Source: Candidatus Micrarchaeota archaeon (GTDB lineage: Archaea; Micrarchaeota; Micrarchaeia; Anstonellales; Bilamarchaeaceae). From it: 64,000 nucleotides of DNA. A model generated the notes under the pieces. That model made no database searches. It was not told the origin of the DNA and was given only the letters and a program-made list of their open reading frames with translations. Below are positions 47,139-57,429 of this stretch, piece by piece. How positions within the stretch are numbered: the first letter of the stretch is position 1; each line of letters begins with the position of its first letter. A program made the position numbers and the translations under genes. Where the stretch lies: assembly GCA_038046765.1 (NCBI GenBank), contig JBBSVN010000004.1, positions 130,844 to 194,843 on the forward strand, in the 5' to 3' direction.

Positions 47139-48227
47139 ATGAATATTAAAAATGCAATTTTTATACTAAGTCTTTTCATACTACTTTCCGGATGCACACT
47201 TGTACAAAAAGAAGCATCTTTTAAAAATGCAGCAATTTCAAGCGAAAAAAATGAGCTTCTTCTTAACATTAGTTTTACGGGAAATTTACCTCCTAAGGAA
47301 CTAAGAACACATTTATTGGTGCTTGACTCCAATAATGAAATAGTTTATGATAAAGATATAACCGTTTTTGAGCGTGAATTTAAAAGTTACTTTAGCGGCA
47401 TGGTTGTTGAAAAATATTTAGTAGTTAATAACCCGTCAACAACATATGCTAAATTAGATATTTTCCTTACTAACCAGACGATTACAAAAGAAATTGGTAT
47501 ATCCCCAGTTTCAGCTGTAAGTGCTACTGTTGAAATTATACCACAAGAAACATTATATTCTACACAAATAACTCTAGTTGATAGCAGGTTTAACAAAATT
47601 TCAGAAAACTTAATTTTAGAATTAAAAATAAATGACAGCGAAGATATTCTTTATCAAAAAACTAAAACAGTTTCTAAAGAGGACTTTCAAAATGGAAAGG
47701 CAATCATCTTTATTCCTTATGGCGAGGTTTCAAAATCGTATTATAAAAACGGAAGCATCAGTGTACAAGTAAAAACTGCTAAAAGTACATTTGATTACAA
47801 TCAGGTGATACAATTAAGGAAGTATTCCAAAGAAGAGATTGTACAGTTTGAGGAACAGATGTATCAAAACAGCTCAAAACAACTAAATGAAAGCATATTT
47901 TATTATAGATTTAATTTTACATTAAAAAGAGCAGGAGTGTATATCCAAAAAGGAGAAAACAGGAAGAAGATCGCAAGGGTCGATGCAAATCTTAAAAATC
48001 CGATGAATATCCCGCAATATCTGATAAGAGATGATTTCTACATCAGAGATAGTAACAACAATTTCTATCCTGTTTTAGGTCCCAAGAGTACTGCGTTTGG
48101 TCCACTACTAAAACCTTTTGAAGATGTTAATGCAAGTTTCTACTTTGAAGTATTTAATGAAAATGATGATTACTATTTCTTTTATGGAGATAGACAGCTT
48201 ACGGGGGTTAAGAAAAAGACTAATTAA
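47139..48227 (+). CDS. lipoprotein with beta-sandwich domains
   Basis: Lipobox LLSGC. Confidence 0.7.
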   Translation: MNIKNAIFILSLFILLSGCTLVQKEASFKNAAISSEKNELLLNISFTGNLPPKELRTHLLVLDSNNEIVYDKDITVFEREFKSYFSGMVVEKYLVVNNPSTTYAKLDIFLTNQTITKEIGISPVSAVSATVEIIPQETLYSTQITLVDSRFNKISENLILELKINDSEDILYQKTKTVSKEDFQNGKAIIFIPYGEVSKSYYKNGSISVQVKTAKSTFDYNQVIQLRKYSKEEIVQFEEQMYQNSSKQLNESIFYYRFNFTLKRAGVYIQKGENRKKIARVDANLKNPMNIPQYLIRDDFYIRDSNNNFYPVLGPKSTAFGPLLKPFEDVNASFYFEVFNENDDYYFFYGDRQLTGVKKKTN

Positions 48228-49153
48228 TCAGACAAGACAATATGTCGTGCAGGATAAGTTGTAGCTGCTAAATCTCTCACCAACTCCCTTATCGTTTGAT
48301 ACCTATCTTCTGGTTTTTTGGCCAGTGCTTTTAGAACAACTTTATCAAAAGATTCTGGAATTTCTCCTTTTCGACGAAATGTGGAAGGAGGGTCCAGGAT
48401 AGTGGAAAGATGAGCACGGTGATAATCCTCCAAAGTAACTTTCCAGGAAAATGGATTTATGTGACTAACTGTTTCATGAAGAGTTAACCCAAATGCATAA
48501 ATATCCCTTGTTGGGTGAGATAAATTAATTTTATCAAAACATTCTGGAGCTAAAAACTCAGGGGTAAAAGACGTTGAAGGATCAATTAATCTTACGGGAT
48601 AGAAAGAGTCTGATAAAATAATATTTTCTGGTTTTACATCACCATGGACAACTCCTTTTTCATGCAAACGCATAAGCGCACGTGCTAGCCAAAATGCGAT
48701 TAAGAGTACCTGATTGTAATCTAAATTGCCGTATTCGATTTTTCTTCCCATAAAATTAAAATGTGAATTTGAATTACAATCTAAAATGTCACAAAGATCG
48801 TATCCTTCTACATATTCCATTATTAGGTAGGGTAAATCAGAAAAAATGCCTGTGGAAATTGCACGAACAATATCCTTACCATTCCCAAAACGAAATAAAA
48901 GTTCGGACTCTTTTTTAAATTCACTTTCTAAAATAGCCCAATCATCAGGTGTGGATCTAAAATCGTAAAATTTAACTATAACTCTTTCCTTTTTCTTATT
49001 TTCGGCTATGTAGATATCTTTGTTATCTACTTGGTTAACTTTTTTTATAATTTTATATCCTTCAATAATAGACCCCTTAAAAGAAAATTTGGATGGAGAT
49101 AGTTTATGAGAAAGAGCATGTCTTAGGGTAAAGGCTAACTGCGATAGATTCAT
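48224..49153 (-). CDS. Ser/Thr protein kinase (atypical activation segment)
   Basis: VIVKFY, MEYVEG, VHGDVKPENI, FLAPE, DIYAFG, KKPEDRY. Confidence 0.88.
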   Translation of the reverse strand: MNLSQLAFTLRHALSHKLSPSKFSFKGSIIEGYKIIKKVNQVDNKDIYIAENKKKERVIVKFYDFRSTPDDWAILESEFKKESELLFRFGNGKDIVRAISTGIFSDLPYLIMEYVEGYDLCDILDCNSNSHFNFMGRKIEYGNLDYNQVLLIAFWLARALMRLHEKGVVHGDVKPENIILSDSFYPVRLIDPSTSFTPEFLAPECFDKINLSHPTRDIYAFGLTLHETVSHINPFSWKVTLEDYHRAHLSTILDPPSTFRRKGEIPESFDKVVLKALAKKPEDRYQTIRELVRDLAATTYPARHIVLSD

Positions 49154-49300
49154 AGTTATAATATCTGTATGAGAAGGTATAAAAATTGGAGCAAACAAAA
49201 ACATTTCATTAAACAAATATAAGACAAGACAAATGATTGAAAATATGCAGAAGCTATTAAAAGAAACTAAACGATAATATTTATATAATCGTGATTTATT

Positions 49301-50311
49301 ATGTCAATAATCTTAGGTTTATGCGGAGAAAACTGTTCTGGAAAGGGTACCGTAGCAGATTACTTAATTAAAAGAGGATTTTACTATTTTTCACTTAGCG
49401 ATATTATAAGAGAAGAATTAGCAAAGAGCGGGATTGAACCAACACGCGATAATATGGTAAAAAAAGGAAATGAACTAAGAGAAACCCTTGGTCCAAGCAT
49501 TTTAGCTAAACGCGCCATTGAAAAACTAGAAAAAGACAGGAATTATGTAATTGACAGCATAAGAAATCCCTTTGAAGTTGAAGAATTAAAGAAAGTACCG
49601 AACTTTAGTCTAATTTATGTTTCTGCAACACCCGAGATTAGATTTGCAAGGATGAAGAGCAGAGCCAGGGAAGGCGACGCCAAGGACTTCAAGGAATTTT
49701 TAAGGCTCGAAAGTTTAGAACAAAAGAATGCAAACTCGAAACATCAAAACATAGAACAAACAGTAAAACTAGCAACATTGAAAATAACAAACGAAGGTAA
49801 CTTACAAAACTTATTTGATAAAATAGATGAAACGCTCGCAACTGTTTCAAAAGAATTCAAACTCGTTCGTCCTAGCTGGGATAATTATTTTATGAACATC
49901 GCAAAGGTAGTAGCTAGCAGAAGTAATTGCATGAAAAGAAAGGTAGCTGCCGTAATCGTTATGGACAAAAGAATAATTTCAACTGGTTATAATGGAACTC
50001 CAAGAGGAGTATTAAACTGTTCAGATGGCGGGTGCCCAAGATGTAACAATTACACAGAAAGCGGTAAGAACTTAAGTGAGTGTATTTGTTCGCATGGGGA
50101 AGAGAATGCAATCGTTCAGGCAGCAAATCATGGAATTGCAATTAAAGGGGCAATGATTTATTCTACATTTTCGCCATGTTTACTTTGTACCAAAATGATA
50201 ATAAATTCTGGAATAAAAGAAGTAGTTTACAATGCAGATTATGAATTAGTTAGTATTAGCGAAAAGTTACTTAACGAAGCAGGAATTATTGTAAGGAAGG
50301 TTAAGGCTTAA
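49301..50311 (+). CDS. P-loop nucleotide kinase-like domain fused to dCMP deaminase
   Basis: GENCSGKGT; RPSWDNYFM, TGYNG, HGEENA, PCLLC. Confidence 0.92.
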   Translation: MSIILGLCGENCSGKGTVADYLIKRGFYYFSLSDIIREELAKSGIEPTRDNMVKKGNELRETLGPSILAKRAIEKLEKDRNYVIDSIRNPFEVEELKKVPNFSLIYVSATPEIRFARMKSRAREGDAKDFKEFLRLESLEQKNANSKHQNIEQTVKLATLKITNEGNLQNLFDKIDETLATVSKEFKLVRPSWDNYFMNIAKVVASRSNCMKRKVAAVIVMDKRIISTGYNGTPRGVLNCSDGGCPRCNNYTESGKNLSECICSHGEENAIVQAANHGIAIKGAMIYSTFSPCLLCTKMIINSGIKEVVYNADYELVSISEKLLNEAGIIVRKVKA

Positions 50312-50432
50312 TAAAACGCAAAATAATTTTATATAGCTATCACTAATTTTGAAAATAGTGAAAAAGAGTTCACGCAAGATAAATATGCAGAGCATTTATA
50401 ATGCTTAAAGAAATTATTAAGACCGATGAATT

Positions 50433-53372
50433 ATGAAACTTAAGCTATTATTTTCGATTTTGGTTATTTTATTTTCAGTATCATTTGCGGGAACTTTTGT
50501 AGTAAGCGGAAAAATTCTTTACGCCAACAATAGTAATGCTACAGGAGCAAATATTTCTATTTATTCCCAAAGCGCAGTTATGTTTGGTCCACCCACTTAT
50601 GTAATTAATGCGTCAAATATAACGAATGGAACAGGTTTCTTTTCACTCCAATATACGGTTTCAGACCAAGATAATTTTGCACCAATGCGCTTAAGGATAA
50701 TACTAAACAACAGCGCAGGAGCAGTAACTTATATGGGACCAACTTTGCCAGATATGCCAGCGCAAATGTATGCAGATATGTTTAACAACAGCAATATTAC
50801 AATTTATCCTGCAGGAAGGCTTTTTGTAAATGCAAGTAGAAGATGGAACACAACAAACTTCACAGAAGTGCAAGTAAACTTCAGTAGCGTATTAGTAGAT
50901 TCTAAATATGGATTTATGATAGATAGCGCAATGCCACAACCCGGAGGAGGAGACAGTATATACAATATTTCAGTAAATTTATTAGTCAACCGCAACTACA
51001 GCTTAAGTTTATTTAAAATGGGGAATATGCAACAATTCGAGCGAGGTTCGGCACCAAGAACAGTAATAATATCAGATAGTAATTTAACCAACAATTTAGA
51101 TGCAAATGGAACATTTTACGTTAACGTTAATCTTACAGACATTCCAGTATTTTTAAGCGGTAACTTGTCAGTAAATGCTACAGGAATTTCTAGTACAGAG
51201 GCAATCAATTACACAGATATAATATTCTATCCATACGCAACAGGAAAAGTACCAATTGATGGAGTTGGGATAAACCCACGTTCTTGGGGAAATAGACCAG
51301 GTGGAGAGGACTTTGGAGCAGACCTTAATTTTACCGGAGGCGCAGGAGCTTATAATGCAACCATAATGGGTTCTGGAAGTGGTTTATCTTATATGATGAT
51401 AGTCTATGGATACAATGGAACAGCACCTGGAGCTAGTGGAACCAGATACTTTGGAGGTTTCCAAAATATTACAATGTTTTCAAGTAACGTGAGTCTTTTT
51501 AACATAACGCTCTACGAATTAGGAGGATATTATATTGCCGGAGCAGGTAGAGGCGACCCGAATGCAACCAAATATATAGTTAATTTAAGTAATAACGACA
51601 CCAACTTAAACGGCGGTAGAAGCGTAAGCGCGGGTAGTTTGGAGGTCATAATAAACTATAGTAACTCAACTGGATTTTCAAGAGCGCCATTTGGAGGGCC
51701 AAACGGACACGGACCAGTAGACATAAATTTCATGGGAAGGCCAAATGCATCAGGTACGCTCGCATTTCCAATAATAAAAGATGTTAACTTTAAACCAAAA
51801 ATATACAGCCAACAATTTGCACCAATAAAGAAAACTTTAAACTCTTCAAGCAATGGAACTAACTTTGAAATGACTGGTCAAAAAATGGGACCACCAAACG
51901 CTTCAGCAAATACAACATACTCTGGCTTAGGAATGGTATTTTTCAAAAGTAACTCTTCATGCGATGTACAGGAACCGGATTTAAGAGACCAGAGCCAAGG
52001 GGGTTGTTTATTATCTAACTTCACTTTTGGAGGTTCTAGAAATAATTTTAATCCAATGAAAATAATGATGAGCGGTGAAAAAGTAAACATTCTTATAGAG
52101 GATAATAACACAGGAGTAAAAACAATATTTATCGGCGTCGACCTTTTTGCATCTGGTCCGCCAAATATGCAATTACCAAACGGTAGTCTTTCTAATAGTA
52201 GTAGTGGAGACAACTTGCAAAAGAAATTTAGATTTGGAAGTACAGCACCCGAAGTATTTTCACATGCATATGTGGCAATGCCTTATACAGACACTGAATT
52301 TAACGATCAAGCAGAAGTAAAAGTACTTTTAACAAATGTATATGATGAAGACTGGAATGGCAAATGGGCTACAACAGATGAAAACTCAACTGCCCTTCCT
52401 AGTGAATTTGCAGACTACAATGCATCATTATTTAACGCGTCGACAGGCGGACTTGGATGTAGTAGAAGTGATGTTACAAGCACTTGTTTTGTTAACACAA
52501 CAACAAATAGAATATGGCTAAAGGTACCTCACTTTTCAGGAAGCGACCCGCAAATAAGCGGAACATCTACTAGTACAAGTTCAGTAAGAACAAGCTCAGA
52601 TTCTTCTGTAGCTTCTTCTGAAGTTACAAATGTACTTTTCTGCCCTCAATCAAATATAATTGTTTCAGCAGTATCAAGAGGTAATCCGATAAGCGATATG
52701 ACGATTAGACTCTTACTTGTAAACCCATATGTTGGGGAATTAGGAGTAAAACAAACAGATGGAGATGGAAATACTACATTCAATTTAAGCAGATCTGGAA
52801 GTTACGGTATAGACGCATCCAAAGCAGGGTATAAAAAACCTGCAGACTTAAATTTTGATTTTGATTTACAAGCTTGTCTTGCAACACGTAACGTAACCGG
52901 AAATGTAACCAAAAATATAACTATAGTGATCGAAGTAAGTGGAGTATTGCCAAATACAAGCGATAGTACAATTAAACCTGCAGACAAGATGGTTGTTAAA
53001 GACAAAACTCCAACAATTGAAGAACAGCAAAAGAGTACTGCACTAAAGGCAATAGCAGATGCAGACAATAAAATAAGTGAGATGATAAAATTATCTAAAG
53101 ATGTAACCGCAGCAAAGCAAAAACTTAGTTTAGCAAATGATGCAATTAGTTCCAAGAATTATGCAGGTGCTATAGATTTAGCTAACCAGGCATTATTGCT
53201 AGCTCAAAATGCACCACCAAAAAGCGTAACTAGTACACCAGCATTACAAGAACAAACTAAAACAAGTACCGCAAATCAACCGAGTATTGTTCCGATGTTA
53301 TTAATTGGCGCAGTTCTTTTACTTGGACTAGGTTCAGTGTATTATTGGAGCACAAAAAGAAAAAGGAGATAA
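50433..53372 (+). CDS. large cell-surface glycoprotein (S-layer-like) with a C-terminal membrane anchor
   Basis: Signal peptide, many NxS/T sequons, VPHFS motif, C-terminal TM followed by KRKRR. Confidence 0.8.
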   Translation: MKLKLLFSILVILFSVSFAGTFVVSGKILYANNSNATGANISIYSQSAVMFGPPTYVINASNITNGTGFFSLQYTVSDQDNFAPMRLRIILNNSAGAVTYMGPTLPDMPAQMYADMFNNSNITIYPAGRLFVNASRRWNTTNFTEVQVNFSSVLVDSKYGFMIDSAMPQPGGGDSIYNISVNLLVNRNYSLSLFKMGNMQQFERGSAPRTVIISDSNLTNNLDANGTFYVNVNLTDIPVFLSGNLSVNATGISSTEAINYTDIIFYPYATGKVPIDGVGINPRSWGNRPGGEDFGADLNFTGGAGAYNATIMGSGSGLSYMMIVYGYNGTAPGASGTRYFGGFQNITMFSSNVSLFNITLYELGGYYIAGAGRGDPNATKYIVNLSNNDTNLNGGRSVSAGSLEVIINYSNSTGFSRAPFGGPNGHGPVDINFMGRPNASGTLAFPIIKDVNFKPKIYSQQFAPIKKTLNSSSNGTNFEMTGQKMGPPNASANTTYSGLGMVFFKSNSSCDVQEPDLRDQSQGGCLLSNFTFGGSRNNFNPMKIMMSGEKVNILIEDNNTGVKTIFIGVDLFASGPPNMQLPNGSLSNSSSGDNLQKKFRFGSTAPEVFSHAYVAMPYTDTEFNDQAEVKVLLTNVYDEDWNGKWATTDENSTALPSEFADYNASLFNASTGGLGCSRSDVTSTCFVNTTTNRIWLKVPHFSGSDPQISGTSTSTSSVRTSSDSSVASSEVTNVLFCPQSNIIVSAVSRGNPISDMTIRLLLVNPYVGELGVKQTDGDGNTTFNLSRSGSYGIDASKAGYKKPADLNFDFDLQACLATRNVTGNVTKNITIVIEVSGVLPNTSDSTIKPADKMVVKDKTPTIEEQQKSTALKAIADADNKISEMIKLSKDVTAAKQKLSLANDAISSKNYAGAIDLANQALLLAQNAPPKSVTSTPALQEQTKTSTANQPSIVPMLLIGAVLLLGLGSVYYWSTKRKRR

Positions 53373-53419
53373 ACTAACAAACTAATTTTTTCTTTTTTAT
53401 TTATAAATTTAGTAACAGC

Positions 53420-53458
53420 GGCAATAGCGGCCCTAATGGTTAATACCGCTAATGCCAA
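53420..53458. repeat. 39-bp direct repeat, copy upstream of AlbA_2 gene 2, next to its TATA box
   Basis: ggcaatagcggccctaatggttaataccgctaatgccaa, identical to 54820-54858; TTTAAAAA at 53461. Confidence 0.95.
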
Positions 53459-53490
53459 GGTTTAAAAAGTCTTTTTCTAACAAATAACTT

Positions 53491-54804
53491 ATGACAGAAA
53501 AACTCATTGAATCGCAACATGTAGAATTAAAAGAAAGTCTAGCTGATATTGACTCAATTAACCAAACGGTGGTTGCATTTGCTAATAATGGCGGCGGAAA
53601 GATATATATTGGATTAAGTGAAGAGAAAAAAATAGTTGGTGTAGTAATCGGAAAAAATACACTTGAAAATCTTGCAAAATCAATAACAAAAACGATCGAA
53701 CTACCCATATTACCAAAGATATATCTTGAAGGGGCAGATGGAAAAAGCGTAATTGTAATTGAAGTAGAAGAAAGCAGAAACAAACCTCATTTTTATAAAA
53801 AAATAGCGTACAAAAGAGTGGGAAGAACTAATATACAACTAGATATTTCTGAAATAAAAGAAATGATCCTAAAAGAGAATACAGTATATTTTGAAGAACA
53901 CTCCACAGAGTTAAAAGTAGAGGATATCGACAAGGAAGCTATGGAAAGATTTCTAAAAGAATGTAAAAAGAGCAACAGGGTAAATATCCTAGAAAATGAA
54001 AAAACCTTAGATGTGATAAAAAAATTAGATGGAGAAAAAAACGGAAAAATAAAACTTGGAATTGCCTTGCTCTTTGCCAAAAATCCTACACAATACTTAC
54101 CGCACTTTGGAATAAGATTTGCAAAGACAAATACAGATTATTTTTCAATTGATTCACTAGAAAAAACAAAAATTTATCTAGGACCGATTTTTAAGATACT
54201 GGATGAAATTTGCTTTGATACTTTAGATAATCTTCCCAAAAAAGTATATTTACAGGGTTTAAATAGATTGGAAGAACCAATAATACCAAAAAAAGTAATT
54301 CGAGAACTTATAATGAATTCTATAGTTCATGCAGATTATAGAATAGCATCTAAAACTTCAATATTAATCACACCAAGCTATATAGAAATTTCTAATCCAG
54401 GCAATCTTTTAGGAATGAAGATAAGTGAACTTTATAAAAAACATAAGTCAATACTAAGAAATCCAATGATGGCAAACATCTTGTTTCTTTCAGGAAACAT
54501 AGAACAATGGGCATCAGGAATAGAAAACGCCATAAAAGAGATTTTAAAAGCTGACCTGGGCTTACCAGAATTCAGAGTTGAAACAAACTTCTTTTATGTA
54601 AGAATCAACTTTTCAGAACAAAGTAAAACAAGAAGCGCCGAATTTATTTCAATACTTAAAAAAGGTGAAAAATCATCAAAAGAAATTGCAGTTATTAGTA
54701 ATCTAGCTCAAAGAACAGTAAGAAAAGAACTTGAAAAGCTGGTTAATCTTGGAATAATTAAGAAAATAAGAAGGGGCAAAAGAATTAACTATGATTTGGC
54801 TTAA
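53491..54804 (+). CDS. AlbA_2 (Schlafen-like) + HATPase_c_4 + winged-HTH protein, paralog of 8402-9712
   Basis: ESQHVELKES, AFANNGGGKIYIG, RELIMNSIVHADY, ISNPG, RNPMMA, EQWASG, QRTVRKELEKLVNLG. Confidence 0.9.
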   Translation: MTEKLIESQHVELKESLADIDSINQTVVAFANNGGGKIYIGLSEEKKIVGVVIGKNTLENLAKSITKTIELPILPKIYLEGADGKSVIVIEVEESRNKPHFYKKIAYKRVGRTNIQLDISEIKEMILKENTVYFEEHSTELKVEDIDKEAMERFLKECKKSNRVNILENEKTLDVIKKLDGEKNGKIKLGIALLFAKNPTQYLPHFGIRFAKTNTDYFSIDSLEKTKIYLGPIFKILDEICFDTLDNLPKKVYLQGLNRLEEPIIPKKVIRELIMNSIVHADYRIASKTSILITPSYIEISNPGNLLGMKISELYKKHKSILRNPMMANILFLSGNIEQWASGIENAIKEILKADLGLPEFRVETNFFYVRINFSEQSKTRSAEFISILKKGEKSSKEIAVISNLAQRTVRKELEKLVNLGIIKKIRRGKRINYDLA

Positions 54805-54819
54805 TAAGAATATTACATT

Positions 54820-54858
54820 GGCAATAGCGGCCCTAATGGTTAATACCGCTAATGCCAA
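54820..54858. repeat. 39-bp direct repeat, downstream copy, overlapping the ribD stop codon
   Basis: Identical to 53420-53458, exactly 1400 bp away. Confidence 0.95.
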
Positions 54859-55946
54859 TATCCTTGTACTAATACGTTTTTTCCAATTTCCTTAACCTCA
54901 ACGCTGTTTAGATGAAAGATATTCCCTAGCTTTTCCTTTGCTTTTTTATCTAGTGCATCCTTGCCTTTTCCTAAGACTTTTGGAGCAATAAAAAATGCTA
55001 CTTTATTTACTAAACCCGCATTTACAAAACTAGAGGCTACTTCGCTGCCCCCTTCAACCATGATGGAAGTTATTTCTCTTTTACCCAGGTAAGTTAGAAG
55101 AGATTTTAGATTAACGTAACCTAAACGATCACTGGGCAAAACTACAACTTTCACCCCTAACTTTTCAATTTGAGATATTCGATCTGGTTTGGTTTTTTTA
55201 GTAGTAGCAATAATAGTTGTGCCTTTTTGTTTGAAGACTTTGGCATTGAGCGGGATTCGCAACCTGCTATCTAGAATTATCCGAATTGGATTTTTACTTT
55301 GATCACTTAAGCACGTGAGCCTTGGATTATCCTTAATAATAGTGTTAACTCCAACAAGTATCGCATCATATTCACATCTCCATGAATTAGCTAACTTACG
55401 AGACTTGGCATTACTAATCAGAGTTCTTGTTCCTTTATTTTTGGCAATTTTACTATCTAAAGTCATTGCCATTTTTAATAGGACAAATGGTTTAGTTGTT
55501 TTTATGTAGTGAAAGAATGATTCGTTTAATTGTTTGCACGAAGCGTCATTTAGAACAGTTACATTAAACTTTTTCTTAAGCAGATTAATACTGCTGACTT
55601 TTGGATTCTGATCAAGGCATCCGATCACAATACGCGCAAAGTCATATTTTAGTAGCTCGTTTGCACAAGAAGGAGTTCGTTTACCAATAAAATGCATGCA
55701 AGGCTCGAGCGTAACGTAAAGTGTACTTCCTTCAAGTTTTTTCTTATCCTTAACGCTTTTTATTGCAATTATTTCAGCATGATCAAAACCAGCTTTTTCA
55801 TGGTAACCTTTGCCAATTATTTTATTATTTTTAACAATAACACATCCGACACGCGGATTAGGCGATGGTTTAGCTAGTTTTGCTAAGGATAAGGCAATTG
55901 AAATGAATTTTTGATCGGAAAAAATACCAGAATTAATCTTGTTCAC
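54849..55946 (-). CDS. ribD: bifunctional diaminohydroxyphosphoribosylaminopyrimidine deaminase/reductase
   Basis: PNPRVGC, HAE, TLEPC...C, KMAMTLD, DNPRL, MVEGG. Confidence 0.95.
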   Translation of the reverse strand: MNKINSGIFSDQKFISIALSLAKLAKPSPNPRVGCVIVKNNKIIGKGYHEKAGFDHAEIIAIKSVKDKKKLEGSTLYVTLEPCMHFIGKRTPSCANELLKYDFARIVIGCLDQNPKVSSINLLKKKFNVTVLNDASCKQLNESFFHYIKTTKPFVLLKMAMTLDSKIAKNKGTRTLISNAKSRKLANSWRCEYDAILVGVNTIIKDNPRLTCLSDQSKNPIRIILDSRLRIPLNAKVFKQKGTTIIATTKKTKPDRISQIEKLGVKVVVLPSDRLGYVNLKSLLTYLGKREITSIMVEGGSEVASSFVNAGLVNKVAFFIAPKVLGKGKDALDKKAKEKLGNIFHLNSVEVKEIGKNVLVQGYWH

Positions 55947-56517
55947 TTAAATGCCCCATTTTATTCTTTTTTGTTTCTAGATATTTTTTATTATATTTAT
56001 TTGGCTCGATATTAATTGGAATTCTTTTGACAATTTTTATCCCATGATTTTCTAAGCCGCTTAATTTTTCTGGATTGTTTGTCAAAATATTTATTTGTTT
56101 AATTCCTAAAGTGCTTAGGATTTGCACGGCAACATTGTAATCTCTTAAATCAGCCCCAAAGCCAAGGTCTTGGTTTGCCTGCACAGTATCGCGTCCTTTA
56201 TCCTGTAAAGCATAAGCTTTGATTTTATTAGATAAACCAATCCCTCTTCCTTCCTGATCAAGATAAATTAGAATACCGCAGTTCTTCTGTATATACTCCA
56301 TAGAAAACTCCAATTGTTCCCGACAATCACAACGTAAAGAAGTTAATGTATCTCCAGTAAAACATTTGGAATGTATTCGCACATTAATAGTTTGATCACT
56401 TTTTATTTCGCCTTTAACTAAAACGACATGTTCTTTCTTACTAGAATCAGAAAAAACTTTGATAATAAACTCGCCAGATCGGGTTGGTAAAGTTGAGGTT
56501 GCGTCTAGTTTTATCAT
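55933..56517 (-). CDS. ribA: GTP cyclohydrolase II
   Basis: RIHSKCFTGD, RCDC, QEGRGIGL, LTNNPEK. Confidence 0.96.
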   Translation of the reverse strand: MIKLDATSTLPTRSGEFIIKVFSDSSKKEHVVLVKGEIKSDQTINVRIHSKCFTGDTLTSLRCDCREQLEFSMEYIQKNCGILIYLDQEGRGIGLSNKIKAYALQDKGRDTVQANQDLGFGADLRDYNVAVQILSTLGIKQINILTNNPEKLSGLENHGIKIVKRIPINIEPNKYNKKYLETKKNKMGHLSEQD

Positions 56518-56544
56518 AAATGACACCACAAATAATTCTTTAGG

Positions 56545-57429
56545 TTATTTCCTTAACTCCTTAATTAAATCATGTGCCGCAATAACCGCACGCTTTCCAT
56601 ACTCCTTAGCCCTTTCTTCTGCCTGTTCATAAGTAACATCAGGACCAATTATTCCAAACCCCACTGGCTTTTTAAAATATAAAGAAAGGTCCGACAATCT
56701 ATTTGCAACCGTAAAAACAATAACTTCATCGTGTTTTGTCTCGCCTTTAATTACCGCACCAAGCGCGATTACTGCATCGATTTCTTTACTAAGTAAAAGT
56801 TTCTTTGTAACTAATGGAATTTCAAATGCTCCTGCAACCCGAACGGTTTTTGATATTTGAATACCTAAATTTTTAGCCTCGTTGCTTGCAGCATCTTGCA
56901 TCTTATTTGTTATTTGCGAATTAAAGTCTGCAACAACTAAACCAAATTGTAGTGATTTTTGTTTTAGTTCGCCCTCATTAGATTTACCTTGTCTAACTCC
57001 TTGGCCCGCAGATGCAGTTAACGCGGATTTATCATGAAGCATTGCAATTGCATTTTGAACATGTTTTATTGTCCGATTATTTGCAATTTCAATTAATTCC
57101 GGCTCGCTCCACGCTTCATTTTCAAAAACAAAAACTTCTAAGATATGTTTATTTGTAAGCAGTTTAGTTTGCATTATTGCGCTACTAGCTTCATGTGCAC
57201 ATTGTGTATCAATTTCTGCGCCCCCCACATATCCAAGTGCAACACACGTTTCACAGTTTTCTTCTTCGATTAGTTTTTTACATTCTACTGCAATATCTTT
57301 TATTCCAGGTACAGTTATCCTAACAAAAGAAACATTTGGAAATTTTTTTAATTCATCGATTGCAAATTGACCCATATTTATTCTTGAAAACATCGTATCA
57401 ATTATCCCAATTTTATGCTTATTTGCCAT
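56545..57429 (-). CDS. ribC-ribH: fusion of archaeal riboflavin synthase (RibC) and lumazine synthase (RibH)
   Basis: N-half IGIIDTMFSR, TVPGIKD, AHEAS, HILEVFV, AGQGVRQG; C-half VVADFN, VAGAFEIP, LGAVIKGETKHD, KPVGFGIIGP. Confidence 0.92.
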   Translation of the reverse strand: MANKHKIGIIDTMFSRINMGQFAIDELKKFPNVSFVRITVPGIKDIAVECKKLIEEENCETCVALGYVGGAEIDTQCAHEASSAIMQTKLLTNKHILEVFVFENEAWSEPELIEIANNRTIKHVQNAIAMLHDKSALTASAGQGVRQGKSNEGELKQKSLQFGLVVADFNSQITNKMQDAASNEAKNLGIQISKTVRVAGAFEIPLVTKKLLLSKEIDAVIALGAVIKGETKHDEVIVFTVANRLSDLSLYFKKPVGFGIIGPDVTYEQAEERAKEYGKRAVIAAHDLIKELRK

